A stretch of 64,000 nucleotides of DNA from an uncultured Bacteroidales bacterium (GTDB lineage Bacteria > Bacteroidota > Bacteroidia > Bacteroidales > WCHB1-69). The stretch's first letter is position 1, and every line of letters starts with the position of its first letter. Position numbers and translations under genes: made by a program. The notes beneath the pieces were generated by a model that worked only from the letters and a program-made list of their open reading frames with translations, searched no databases and was not told where the DNA came from. This document shows positions 10,639 to 20,386 of this stretch, in pieces. The stretch is taken from positions 5,224 through 69,223 of the forward strand of contig CALDIA010000054.1 of the NCBI GenBank assembly GCA_937901455.1, written 5' to 3'.

Positions 10639-11670
10639 TTAATAAATAAGTATTTTTTTCGACAGGTTGAGTTGGGAAGAAAGAATTTGAACAATGTAAC
10701 AGCCCTCTGAAATGCCAGCAAGTGTGATGGCAAACCTTGGTTGGCAGACGTCACACGTGCATAGCCTTGATCCTTGAAGATTATATAAAGATATCTGGTA
10801 GGGTTGAATAATGTCAGTTTCAATTTCAATGGTTTTATTGAAATAATTGTACCATATTGAGGTATTAGATCTGGAATAATGCGTTATATCTGTGGTGTCT
10901 TGGGTGGGCGGATCGGAAATAAACCACTTGAACAAACTGTCGAATACACAGATTTTGACTGTTTCTAAAATAGGAAGAACCATTCCTTCATCAAGTGAAC
11001 CATGATAGGTGATATTCATTGGGTCTTTTTGGAAGAAGACTGTGTAAAAGGTTGCTGCTGCATAAGAACCATACCAAGAAGGGTGACTTTCATCAGCACT
11101 ATACAACTCTATCTCAGGATAATGGTTGCGAATATAGTGCCAGACATATCCTACCGGTGAAACCCATGAATGATTATCTTCAGCCATCATCATATAGCGT
11201 GCATACAGCAGACTGTCCATACCCTCGTATGTGGCCAATGGTGGATAATAGGGAGCATTTTGGGCGTCTCCGTTTTTGCGTCCCCAGGTCATATAGAAAA
11301 CAACTTTTGCTGTGGGATTATATTGTCGTATCATCTCCACCAATTGTTGAGCATAGGGATACGATTCATTCATAAATTGTCCTATAGGAAAAGAGGGCAG
11401 TTGGCTTTGCTCTTGTAAAACCACATAGTCCCAATCTCCTTGTTGAATATAGGAAGCTGCGCCTGTTACGTGCTGTTGGAAAGTACAACCGCCAGGAGTA
11501 TAACTTGAAAACTGTATGGTATCACCCATAGAGGAGGCAATATCAGATATGATTTGTGGAAGATTATTTACTTCGGTATAACTATTCCCGATAAATAGAA
11601 CTTTATAATTGAGTCCTAAAACGGATAGGTTTATTAATAAAAAACAAAGAACGGAGACAACTGCTTTCAT
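10639..11670 (-). CDS. secreted SGNH/DUF4886-like hydrolase-fold protein with a T9SS C-terminal sorting domain
   Basis: Signal peptide MKAVVSVLCFLLINLSVLG. YKVLFIGNSYTEVNNLPQ is an SGNH-like block I. The C-terminal ~70 aa (YQISLYNLQGSRL...GCYIVQILS) looks like a T9SS sorting domain. Confidence 0.6.
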   Translation of the reverse strand: MKAVVSVLCFLLINLSVLGLNYKVLFIGNSYTEVNNLPQIISDIASSMGDTIQFSSYTPGGCTFQQHVTGAASYIQQGDWDYVVLQEQSQLPSFPIGQFMNESYPYAQQLVEMIRQYNPTAKVVFYMTWGRKNGDAQNAPYYPPLATYEGMDSLLYARYMMMAEDNHSWVSPVGYVWHYIRNHYPEIELYSADESHPSWYGSYAAATFYTVFFQKDPMNITYHGSLDEGMVLPILETVKICVFDSLFKWFISDPPTQDTTDITHYSRSNTSIWYNYFNKTIEIETDIIQPYQISLYNLQGSRLCTCDVCQPRFAITLAGISEGCYIVQILSSQLNLSKKILIY

Positions 11671-12110
11671 TTTGTATAGAGATCTTTTGTTTGCAAAACA
11701 TTTTGCTCTACAGAATGAACGATATAAGGTGATGGTTTTACGTGAAACATTAACGTAAGTTTTTTATTATCAGGTTCTAATACAAAATCATCTACCAAAA
11801 TCCCCCAAATATTATCAGTTTTTAAATCCGTTGGCAGCTGCTCAAAAAATTGGAATATCGGGTCTGGCGAGATATAGTCCATTATTAATATTTGATTTTC
11901 AAAATGGGCTATGACATCCAAAGAGTAATCGTTTTCATTTGCATTCAGTTGTTCCAAAATATTTTGATTGGCGGTCTCAATGATGCCGATACTTTCAGCA
12001 AGGGCATACTTGTCGCATAGGTATTCTATCATAGATAGCGTCTTACGATAAATATTACCCTTATTTAATTCGTTTAATTCAAAGTATATCATAACAAAAC
12101 TACTAATCAA
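11667..12110 (-). CDS. hypothetical protein (147 aa), translationally coupled on both sides
   Basis: 4-nt overlap with the downstream gene and 8-nt overlap with the upstream gene. No recognisable motif. Confidence 0.55.
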   Translation of the reverse strand: MISSFVMIYFELNELNKGNIYRKTLSMIEYLCDKYALAESIGIIETANQNILEQLNANENDYSLDVIAHFENQILIMDYISPDPIFQFFEQLPTDLKTDNIWGILVDDFVLEPDNKKLTLMFHVKPSPYIVHSVEQNVLQTKDLYTK

Positions 12111-15100
12111 TATTATAAAAATACTCGTTCGCCTTCTCCTTGTAGTAATGGTTCAAGTCGGCAGGCACTGAACGCAACATCTCATTCTGTTGTTGGTGAT
12201 TTATGTCAAAATTCCATTCCTTAGGCGGATTTAATTGAGGAACATACTTGGCCTCATTAGATTTACGTTCGTCATCCTTTTCTTTTTCTATGTCGGCTCG
12301 CTCACTCTTCAATAAGCGTGTTGTGATATTTTGCTGACGTTGGAGCGTCTGCTGTGTAAGCGTGCGGTTTACGAGCTCCTTTTCTGTCTTTTTCATCTCA
12401 TTAATCAACTGTTCCAACTCACGATCCCCTACCCCATTCTCTGATTTCATATCGCTATTATAGTCCTCCAACATCCTTCTGATAGCCTCCTGCTGAGCTG
12501 CCAACTTGGCAAATTTCTCGCTCATCTGCTGCTGCTGACCCGACTGCCCTTCCTTACCTGCCTGATCCATACTCTTCTTCAAAGCCTCCATCTGGCGGTT
12601 CAACTGTTGCTGCAACTCACGTGCAGAAGTCTTCTGGCTTTTGCCTTTTCCCCCAGGTTTGCTGCAAGAACCATTGCCCGACTTATTGCATTTCGACTTG
12701 CACTCTTCCTTTTTCTTCTGCATCTCTTGGAGAGATTCATTAAGCATCAAAGCCAAATTATTCATGGAAGTCAACGCAAACTGCTGGTTTTTTGCCGCAT
12801 TCGCCGTACGACGTTCACGCAATTCCGTCTGTGTGACTCCCAAATAATCTTCAATTTTCGATACTTCTGTCTGAATGAAAGGCTTAACAGATAATTGTCG
12901 ACGTGCCAACGCATTCAACGAGTCTGCAATATGCGACATATTATTTTTTACATCAAACTGATCTGTCATAATAGTGGACATAGCGGCGGAACGACTGGCA
13001 GACTTTTGTGTGCGTAATAGCACTTCTTCTTGATTAAAAGAAATTTTCACCAAATTATCCAAAATCTGTCGCAAGGTTTCAATGTCTTCCGACACGTTTT
13101 CTAACTCGTCTTCATTAAAATCCTGCTCCAATTGATTAGCTAATTGATCCATTGATTCAGCAGCCTTCTTCTGGTTATCAGAGGATTTGGAACGATTATT
13201 CTTTTCCAGATTCTGCTTGCTTTGGTTTAATTGATCGTCGATCTGTTGCTGTAATGATTCCGTATTTTTGAATTGCACCGGATCTTCCAACTCCTTATTC
13301 AATTGCATTAGCTCCTGTAAATCATGCTTCAATTCATTGTATTGCTGCTGGATTTGCTGCTGCTGTTGCTGTACCTGGTCCTTTGAAATGCTCTTATTTT
13401 CGGTATTCTTAGCATTCTTATCAAGCTTTTCCGATAAATTACGCAATGTTTGAACAGCCTCATTTAGTCTTTTCTCTACCTCTAACTGCTTGTATAATTG
13501 AAGCTGCTGATCAAGCGTCTTATTGATGTCTTCGGTGTTATTTTTCAGCTTTTGAACTTGTTTTTGTACATCATCCTTTTTGGCAGACTGCTGCATCATC
13601 TGCTGAAGTTTGTTCATCATCTGTTTCATTTCATCTGACAAAACATCCTCCATCCGTTTCTGCAATTCTTGCTGCTTTTTCAGAATATCTTCCTGAATAT
13701 CTTTATATTGAGATTCTATAGCTTGATTATTTTTCTGTTGATTTTGCAATTTGTTCAGTGCATCCTGAAGGTTTTGATATTGGTTCATAAGCTGCTCCAA
13801 CTTCTTTTTGTCTTGCCAACTCAACTCCTTCTCTTGAATCATCTGCTTCTGCAATTTTTCTATATCTTTCATCAAATCGGCAGATTCAGAAACCAAATCC
13901 GAAAAATCTGACATTGTTTCACGCTCTGATTTTTCTAAATCTTTGTTAATTTCATCCAAAGTCTTAACCCTATAGGTAGAAGTAGATGATTTTGACGATT
14001 TATGACCATTAACACCATCGTTGTCAAACACTTGAAAATAATAGTCAATTTTTTCTCCTGGCTTTAATTCGAAGGTATTCGGATCAAAGTAATAGTAGAA
14101 ATCTTGGAGTGTAACATGGTTCTGAATGGCAATAGGCACCACTTGGTTCTGCTGTACCAGTTTTCCATCAGCATCGTAGCGGTTATACACAAAGTGTAGT
14201 TTTGAAAATCCATAGTCATCCTTAATATTACCTTTAAAATAATATCGCTCACTATAGGCTGAATCCTGCTGACTTTGCACTATTATTTCAGGATACATAT
14301 CCTTAATAACCGTGATATTATCCTTGATGGTATCCGTGCTGGTGAAATATAAATTTTTATTAAAAAGAGCGTAGGTAAAAGAGTTTCGGGCCACATGATT
14401 GACTGTGAATTGATCACTTTCAGAAGAGACCATATTCTCCTTATCATTTAATATAAAGACAATATTATCAGAGTTTTTTGTATAGAACTTCCATACTATA
14501 CGGGTTCCCTCCGGAACAGTGGCATTCCCTATATTCTCCAACACCTCATCCGGACGATTTAGATATGCCGGATAATGGAGTTGCATTTCAAAACCAACGG
14601 TTACAGGCTTTGGCAACACACTAACAGAATAAGTCAAAGAGGTAACCTCATCCGTCAATAATTGAAAATCCAAATTTTTCTGGATATTTGTAAACGTATA
14701 ATTGTAGGTTGTATTTGAAAGCTTATTACATTTATATGTGCGGTTTTTATACTTTATAAACACCTCGTCAGGCACCTCATCACCTTCCACTTTCACATTT
14801 ACGGTGAAATCGTCATGTTGAAAAGCTTGCATAGAAGGGTTGGTAATCACGAAAGAGTAGGGGGCGGGTTTTTCAAATTCGGTTGAATAATGTAAAATGC
14901 GCTGGGTTGGCTCCACGAACAATTCTTTTTTGAAACCGAAAAGAACAAGGAAAAGCAAAATGGGAACAATGGCCCACTTCGCAAATTTTTTTGTTTTGCT
15001 AAAAGGAATCGCCTGAATGAATGAAAATGGTTTTAATGCTTCTATCTTTGTATCAATAGCCGCCGATAAAAGATCATAGCTTTTATAATCGCCATTTTCA

Positions 15101-15504
15101 AGTTGCTTCTGTAATTCAAATAGATTCAATAATTTATCATCAATTTCCGAGAAGTAGGTTCCTATAATATTGGCTATTTCCTCATTGGAAAGTCGTTTAC
15201 CGAGGCCGCTGATTTTGGCAACAGGAATAATTACATTTACTATTAAGGTTAGCAGCGACAAAGCAATGAACGAAAAAAATAGAATGGCGCGAACCGTTGT
15301 GTTTGAGTAGGAAAAATACTCGAACACTGAAAAGATAATAAACACTGAAAGGAGGATTAAAACGAGATAAATTAACCCTCTATACAGTTTATTGAGATAG
15401 AATTGCCTCAAAAACTGATGTATTTTATCATTTAATATGTCTTGGTTAGATGATTTCATTGCTTGGTGGTACGGATGGATTGTTTTCATCCTCTTGAATA
15501 GCAA
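12103..15504 (-). CDS. large membrane-anchored coiled-coil protein (DUF4175-like; family name from memory)
   Basis: Up to 1,133 aa. N-terminal TM helices, a beta-rich middle, then ~500 aa of Q/K/E-rich coiled coil (QQQQQIQQQYNELKHDLQELMQLNKELED). The start is uncertain: the Met at 15459 (MKSSNQ) reduces the overlap with the upstream gene to 14 nt. Confidence 0.75.
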   Translation of the reverse strand: MLFKRMKTIHPYHQAMKSSNQDILNDKIHQFLRQFYLNKLYRGLIYLVLILLSVFIIFSVFEYFSYSNTTVRAILFFSFIALSLLTLIVNVIIPVAKISGLGKRLSNEEIANIIGTYFSEIDDKLLNLFELQKQLENGDYKSYDLLSAAIDTKIEALKPFSFIQAIPFSKTKKFAKWAIVPILLFLVLFGFKKELFVEPTQRILHYSTEFEKPAPYSFVITNPSMQAFQHDDFTVNVKVEGDEVPDEVFIKYKNRTYKCNKLSNTTYNYTFTNIQKNLDFQLLTDEVTSLTYSVSVLPKPVTVGFEMQLHYPAYLNRPDEVLENIGNATVPEGTRIVWKFYTKNSDNIVFILNDKENMVSSESDQFTVNHVARNSFTYALFNKNLYFTSTDTIKDNITVIKDMYPEIIVQSQQDSAYSERYYFKGNIKDDYGFSKLHFVYNRYDADGKLVQQNQVVPIAIQNHVTLQDFYYYFDPNTFELKPGEKIDYYFQVFDNDGVNGHKSSKSSTSTYRVKTLDEINKDLEKSERETMSDFSDLVSESADLMKDIEKLQKQMIQEKELSWQDKKKLEQLMNQYQNLQDALNKLQNQQKNNQAIESQYKDIQEDILKKQQELQKRMEDVLSDEMKQMMNKLQQMMQQSAKKDDVQKQVQKLKNNTEDINKTLDQQLQLYKQLEVEKRLNEAVQTLRNLSEKLDKNAKNTENKSISKDQVQQQQQQIQQQYNELKHDLQELMQLNKELEDPVQFKNTESLQQQIDDQLNQSKQNLEKNNRSKSSDNQKKAAESMDQLANQLEQDFNEDELENVSEDIETLRQILDNLVKISFNQEEVLLRTQKSASRSAAMSTIMTDQFDVKNNMSHIADSLNALARRQLSVKPFIQTEVSKIEDYLGVTQTELRERRTANAAKNQQFALTSMNNLALMLNESLQEMQKKKEECKSKCNKSGNGSCSKPGGKGKSQKTSARELQQQLNRQMEALKKSMDQAGKEGQSGQQQQMSEKFAKLAAQQEAIRRMLEDYNSDMKSENGVGDRELEQLINEMKKTEKELVNRTLTQQTLQRQQNITTRLLKSERADIEKEKDDERKSNEAKYVPQLNPPKEWNFDINHQQQNEMLRSVPADLNHYYKEKANEYFYNID

Positions 15505-16534
15505 AATAGGTCGATTTATTCTTTAAAAAGTAGTTCTGCAACATTTTGTTTTTTCCGAATAGTAATTTCATCCAGACGCGATAGAACAAAAAATTGGTCG
15601 TTTTGTTTAATTTACTTCGTTTGGCAAATACTTTGTACACATAGTCCTGTTTCCAAGTGGTGAAATTGTTGTTTACAATTTTCATTTCGTAGGCAAGCAA
15701 ATCGGTGAGTGGAATATTCACAGGACAAACATCTTGGCACATGCCGCATAATGTGGTTTGGCTAAAAATTTGTTGGGTTCTATTATATTCGTCAAGGCAA
15801 TTGTTCTTAACTATATCAATAGGTGAGATTTGGGTTGTTTTTGCCACGGGACACACATCATTGCACCTATTACAATGAATACAGAATATAGAATTGACTA
15901 AAAAGTCATCTTGCAACAACGGTTCAGTATTATTGGCATATAAGATAACGGAAACATTGCCAGTGATAGTACTATATCCTTTGGAATCAGAAGAAATAAA
16001 AGGATCTGGAATAATTTGGGTAAGAGGTGAATGAATGATTTTCACATCTTGAGGAAATCCTGATTGAGATTTTATATGCAAAAAGATGGGCAGATCAGAA
16101 GCATTTAACAATACCTGATCAAGATTCACTATCACGACTAAATGATCCACAAAATTGAAACCATTTTGTGATTCTTTGTCAATAAACACGAGAGAACCGT
16201 TGCTAACAATAGCAAAATCGGCCTCAATAACCAAAGCATCCACATTAAATTCTCTATTGTTGATAGTGGAGCATTTACATTCATTGATAACCTCTTTGTC
16301 GATTGTAATCTCTTCGTGGTTGCTTATATCCATGCAAACGCGATTATGCGATTTCTTTGGCAACAAAATCTGCACTTGTTCTGCCAAGGTTTCCTTGTTA
16401 TGAGCCCAAGAGACCGAGAAGCCATTTTTCATCAGGGCAGATTCCAAGGCCAGCACGTTTTTTTCCATGTCTTTGAAATACAAAGACCTATAATAGTGGG
16501 CGTACTCCCGAATATCTGGAGATATTTCAATCAT
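15446..16534 (-). CDS. LUD-domain / 2x[4Fe-4S] protein (LutB-like)
   Basis: N-terminal LUD-like region, then the ferredoxin motifs CIHCNRCNDVCP and CGMCQDVCP. 362 aa. No lutA/lutC partners nearby. Confidence 0.65.
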   Translation of the reverse strand: MIEISPDIREYAHYYRSLYFKDMEKNVLALESALMKNGFSVSWAHNKETLAEQVQILLPKKSHNRVCMDISNHEEITIDKEVINECKCSTINNREFNVDALVIEADFAIVSNGSLVFIDKESQNGFNFVDHLVVIVNLDQVLLNASDLPIFLHIKSQSGFPQDVKIIHSPLTQIIPDPFISSDSKGYSTITGNVSVILYANNTEPLLQDDFLVNSIFCIHCNRCNDVCPVAKTTQISPIDIVKNNCLDEYNRTQQIFSQTTLCGMCQDVCPVNIPLTDLLAYEMKIVNNNFTTWKQDYVYKVFAKRSKLNKTTNFLFYRVWMKLLFGKNKMLQNYFLKNKSTYFAIQEDENNPSVPPSNEII

Positions 16535-16539
16535 GTCTT

Positions 16540-16965
16540 TTACAAATTGATTTTGTCGATCCTACGTTGGTGGCGGCCGCCTTCAAATGCCGTGGAGAAG
16601 AAAACTTTCATGATCTCTATGGCTGTCTCAATCTCTATAAAGCGGGCAGGCATAACCAAGATGTTAGCATTGTTATGCTGTCGCACCAAAGCAGCAATCT
16701 CTGGTTTCCAGCAAAGTCCAGCCCTTATATCCTTATGCTTGTTGGCACACATGGCCATACCATTTCCAGTACCACATATCAGAATACCAAATTCATAGTC
16801 TCCAGCCGCCACCTTATCAGAAAGCGGATGGGCTAAATCAGGATAGTCAACACTCTCTTCTGAAAAAGTGCCTAAATCTTCAAACGCCATGGAACTGGCA
16901 AACACCTCCTTTAATCTTTCTTTCAATGTATATCCGGCGTGGTCTGATGCTATGATTACTCTCAT
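16540..16965 (-). CDS. rpiB: ribose-5-phosphate isomerase B
   Basis: MRVIIASDHAGYTLKE... and GILICGTGNGMAMCANK. The start is moved to 16965 because a -7 box (16991..16998) lies inside the longer track ORF. Confidence 0.9.
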   Translation of the reverse strand: MRVIIASDHAGYTLKERLKEVFASSMAFEDLGTFSEESVDYPDLAHPLSDKVAAGDYEFGILICGTGNGMAMCANKHKDIRAGLCWKPEIAALVRQHNNANILVMPARFIEIETAIEIMKVFFSTAFEGGRHQRRIDKINL

Positions 16966-16990
16966 ATTAATCCAATTTTTATAAAGTCTG

Positions 16991-16998
16991 CAAAAATA
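16991..16998 (-). promoter_or_regulatory. -7 promoter box (TATTTTTG, minus strand) for the rpiB-to-mnmG co-oriented gene string
   Basis: Plus-strand CAAAAATA, 25 nt upstream of the ATG at 16965. Confidence 0.55.
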
Positions 16999-17435
16999 CA
17001 AAAAATCAATCGTCATCATCACTAAAATATTTCTTTGTTTTTTCCTTTTATATCTTTTTTATTAATTATAAAATGAATTATTATGGCTGTTGAAACCGTT
17101 GATATTTTTTTGTGGTATTCTCTTGACATTTTTAGTTATCATTTTTAATAAACATTTTCACCCTACAATTTTTAATGTTATAAGATTAATTTTTAGCAGG
17201 TTCAAAATTTCCAAAAAAAGTTTTCATTTTTTTTAGTTGAAAACTTTTGGTTTTTACAGACCAAATTTTCGTTGAAAAATAATGTGGAAAAAATGGGCTT
17301 TTTCTTGATATTTTTCTTTATCATTTTTTTTTTAACAGAGTAATCAAATCGTAACTTCAACTTTTTTTATAAATCCCCTTTTTATTAACATTTTCAAGTT
17401 AATAAAAGATATTAATTTTAGTATCAATCAGATAG

Positions 17436-17476
17436 ATTTCACGTGTGAAATACTATTCTTTATCATAGATAAAGAA
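17436..17476. promoter_or_regulatory. two adjacent palindromes (candidate operator sites)
   Basis: ATTTCAC-GT-GTGAAAT (17436..17451) and TTCTTTATC-ATA-GATAAAGAA (17456..17476), about 100 bp upstream of the 17573 gene. Confidence 0.35.
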
Positions 17477-17572
17477 GTGGTGTGATTGGCAATAAATTTA
17501 GTAATGGAGTCGTTATAATTTGCTCTATAAGATGGTGCTTTTTATAAAAGAATAAAGACTATATTTGCCGCC

Positions 17573-18358
17573 GTGAAAAAAATCATTTTCATATTATGCA
17601 TTGTATGTTATTGTTTTAGTGCTTTTGCTCAATCAGTAACATTTTCGGCACGCGTGTTTGATGGCATCACTTATCAGCCTTTGGATGGTGCGAGTGTATA
17701 TAATACGCATACCAAGAAATTCGCTTTTACCGATAAATGTGGAAGGTTTACCATTACAGTGCGTGAAAATGATACGCTAATCATTTCGAAGTCGGTATAT
17801 AGGCAAACGGTGATAGCGGTTGATAAGAACAGGATATTATATAAGGATGATATTTTCTTGTATTATAAAACCACTATGTTGAAAGAGGTACGTATAGTGG
17901 CTATAAATCCTTCATACGAAGGTTTTAAGCGTGATATTGTAACCTTGCAATTGCCAGATTATTACAAGAGGGCGCAGGATGTGAAGTTGTCGGAAATGGA
18001 CAAAGCCAATGCCAAATATGCTCAAAATCCCAACGGCAATCTTTTAGCATTGGGAGGGGGCATGACCATGTCGCCGATATCGTATTTGTATAATAAATAC
18101 AACCGTAAGTCGCAGATGCAGCAACTTTACAATGAGATGATGACCTATGAAGATGAAATAGACCACATACAGGAGAAATACAATCGCGAAGTTGTTCATG
18201 AAATTACTGGTTTACAAGGAGATGAATTATTAGATTTTATGACATATTGCCATTTCAGTTATTATGATTTGGTACGTTGGGACAGGGAGACTATTTCTTC
18301 TGAGGTGAAAAACAAATTTTTCTCCTACCAATACGATAAGATTAAGAACGGAAATTAA
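17573..18358 (+). CDS. secreted carboxypeptidase-regulatory-like (CarboxypepD_reg) domain protein
   Basis: GTG start. Signal peptide MKKIIFILCIVCYCFSAFAQ. VTFSARVFDGITYQPLDGASVYN...GRFTITV is the CarboxypepD_reg pattern. Confidence 0.7.
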   Translation: MKKIIFILCIVCYCFSAFAQSVTFSARVFDGITYQPLDGASVYNTHTKKFAFTDKCGRFTITVRENDTLIISKSVYRQTVIAVDKNRILYKDDIFLYYKTTMLKEVRIVAINPSYEGFKRDIVTLQLPDYYKRAQDVKLSEMDKANAKYAQNPNGNLLALGGGMTMSPISYLYNKYNRKSQMQQLYNEMMTYEDEIDHIQEKYNREVVHEITGLQGDELLDFMTYCHFSYYDLVRWDRETISSEVKNKFFSYQYDKIKNGN

Positions 18359-18362
18359 AAGC

Positions 18363-18608
18363 ATGGCTTCAACAGAAGATTTTATCAAGAAGAATTTAAA
18401 TATCTTCCATATTATTGGAATGGTGTTAGGGGTTGGATTAAGTATGGTATATTGGGCAAAATCCGGACAATTTTCGGATAATATACTGAAAAAAAATCCC
18501 TATTTGATGGCATTATGGGGAATTTTGACAGGTTATATTCTTTGTGACTTAGTTTTTAACAGCCAAAAGAGAAAAGAGCAAGAAAATAATTCGCAGAATG
18601 AAGCATAA
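18363..18608 (+). CDS. small two-TM membrane protein (81 aa)
   Basis: Two hydrophobic helices. Only 4 nt after the previous stop, which suggests coupling. Confidence 0.5.
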   Translation: MASTEDFIKKNLNIFHIIGMVLGVGLSMVYWAKSGQFSDNILKKNPYLMALWGILTGYILCDLVFNSQKRKEQENNSQNEA

Positions 18609-18615
18609 AAATCAT

Positions 18616-18623
18616 TATTTTTG
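18616..18623 (+). promoter_or_regulatory. -7 promoter box TATTTTTG for the MFS transporter gene
   Basis: 47 nt upstream of the ATG at 18671. Confidence 0.45.
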
Positions 18624-18670
18624 CGACTTGTTTTTTTTAGAGATACTAATATTCATTAAAAATAATATTT

Positions 18671-20314
18671 ATGACAGAAAAAATTAAAACCTTAAGAGAC
18701 AGTGCAGCCATTCGTTGGTTGGCACTTTTACTGTTGGCATTGGCCATGTTCTGTGCCTACATTTTCATGGATATTCTTTCTCCCATCAAAGATTTGATGC
18801 AAAGTACAAGAGGATGGGATTCCAAGGCTTTCGGCACGATGGAGGGGGCGGAAACATTCCTCAATGTGTTTGTCTTTTTCCTCATTTTTGCCGGTATCAT
18901 TTTGGATAAGATGGGTGTTCGTTTCACGGCCATTCTTTCTGGTGCGGTGATGCTTTTAGGCGGACTTATTAAGTATTATGCCATCAGTGAGTCGTTTATG
19001 GGTACGGGTTTAGAGAATTGGTTCAACACACACCTTAATTGGGAAACGGGCATTAAAATTATTGACGGAGTTTTGCCTTTCTATCCGGGAATGCCTGCAT
19101 CGGCTAAGTTGGCAGCTTTGGGCTTCATGATTTTCGGTTGTGGTTGCGAAATGGCCGGAATTACTGTTTCCCGTGGTATTGTGAAGTGGTTCAAGGGTCG
19201 CGAAATGGCCTTGGCAATGGGTTCTGAAATGGCCTTAGCCCGTTTAGGTGTGGCTACCTGTATGATTTTCTCTCCTTATTTTGCTTTATTGGGTGGTTCC
19301 GTTAATGTGAGCCGTTCTGTTGCTTTCGGTGTTGTGCTGCTATGTATCGCCCTCATCATGTTCATTGTTTATTTCTTCATGGATAAGAAACTGGATGCAC
19401 AAACAGGTGAAGCAGAAGAGAAAGACGACCCTTTCAAAGTGTCAGATATTGGCAAGATTTTGTCTTCCGGCGGTTTCTGGTTGGTAGCCTTGCTTTGCGT
19501 ACTCTACTATTCCGCTATCTTCCCATTCCAGAAATATGCTGTCAACATGTTGCAGTGTAACTTGACACTTTCTGAACCGGAAGCGGGCACTTTCTGGGCC
19601 GGTGACAGCGTGACCATCATCCAATATCTTATTATGTTAGTGGTGGCAGTTTGTGCTTTTTCCAGCAATTTTCTCAAAAACAAAACCAAAAAATACACCT
19701 TGATGTGTGTGGCGGTAGTAGCCTTGGTAATATATTGTTACATGGGTTATAAAGGTGGCACTGCCCAATCTATTTTTGCCGTATTTCCTCTGTTGGCTGT
19801 AGCTATTACCCCTATTTTGGGTAATTATGTGGATCACAAAGGTAAAGCCGCTTCCATGTTGATGATAGGATCTTTGTTATTGATTGTATGTCACTTGACA
19901 TTCGCCTTCATTTTACCGTTGTTCAAGGGCAGTGCCGTAGGTGGAACTGTGGTGGCCTACATTACTATTTTGATATTAGGAGCTTCTTTTTCCCTGGTTC
20001 CCGCTTCTTTATGGCCGAGTGTTCCCAAATTAGTGGATGAAAAAATTATCGGTTCCGCATACGCCCTGATTTTCTGGATTCAGAACATTGGTCTCTGGTT
20101 GTTCCCCATTCTTATTGGTAACGTGCTCGTCAACACCAATCCTCAGGGAACACCTGCTGATGAATTGAACTACACATGGGCTTTGGTTATGCTGGCTTGC
20201 CTTGGCGTGGCCGCTTTCATATTGGGTATTATCCTGAAAGCCGTAGACAAAAAGAAAGGTCTTGGTTTGGAATTACCCAACATTGCTCCTGAAAAAGATA
20301 TAGAAGAGGCATAA
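18671..20314 (+). CDS. MFS-type transporter (547 aa, about 12-14 TM)
   Basis: Polytopic hydrophobic profile throughout. Substrate unknown. Confidence 0.7.
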   Translation: MTEKIKTLRDSAAIRWLALLLLALAMFCAYIFMDILSPIKDLMQSTRGWDSKAFGTMEGAETFLNVFVFFLIFAGIILDKMGVRFTAILSGAVMLLGGLIKYYAISESFMGTGLENWFNTHLNWETGIKIIDGVLPFYPGMPASAKLAALGFMIFGCGCEMAGITVSRGIVKWFKGREMALAMGSEMALARLGVATCMIFSPYFALLGGSVNVSRSVAFGVVLLCIALIMFIVYFFMDKKLDAQTGEAEEKDDPFKVSDIGKILSSGGFWLVALLCVLYYSAIFPFQKYAVNMLQCNLTLSEPEAGTFWAGDSVTIIQYLIMLVVAVCAFSSNFLKNKTKKYTLMCVAVVALVIYCYMGYKGGTAQSIFAVFPLLAVAITPILGNYVDHKGKAASMLMIGSLLLIVCHLTFAFILPLFKGSAVGGTVVAYITILILGASFSLVPASLWPSVPKLVDEKIIGSAYALIFWIQNIGLWLFPILIGNVLVNTNPQGTPADELNYTWALVMLACLGVAAFILGIILKAVDKKKGLGLELPNIAPEKDIEEA

Positions 20315-20334
20315 TAATCTTTAAAAACAACAAA

Positions 20335-20376
20335 ACGGGAGACTTTTCTATTAGGGTAGGGGAGTCTCTCGTTTAT
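20335..20376 (+). terminator. hairpin after the MFS gene
   Basis: Arms ACGGGAGACT (20335..20344) and AGTCTCTCGT (20363..20372) form 10 bp with one G·U pair, followed by TTAT. Confidence 0.4.
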
Positions 20377-20386
20377 ATATCTCGCC

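Noticed and set aside
13268-13911. Plus-strand ORFs of 61 and 80 aa rich in C/L/F
   Set aside because: They are antisense to the Q/K/E-rich coiled-coil region of the 1,133-aa gene. They are low-complexity mirror images of CAG/AAG-rich coding DNA.
16966-17572. Replication origin (AT-rich region in the neighbourhood of mnmG/gidA)
   Set aside because: There is only one near-match to a DnaA box (TGTGGAAAA at 17283..17291, one mismatch to TGTGGATAA). There is no cluster of boxes and no dnaA/dnaN nearby.
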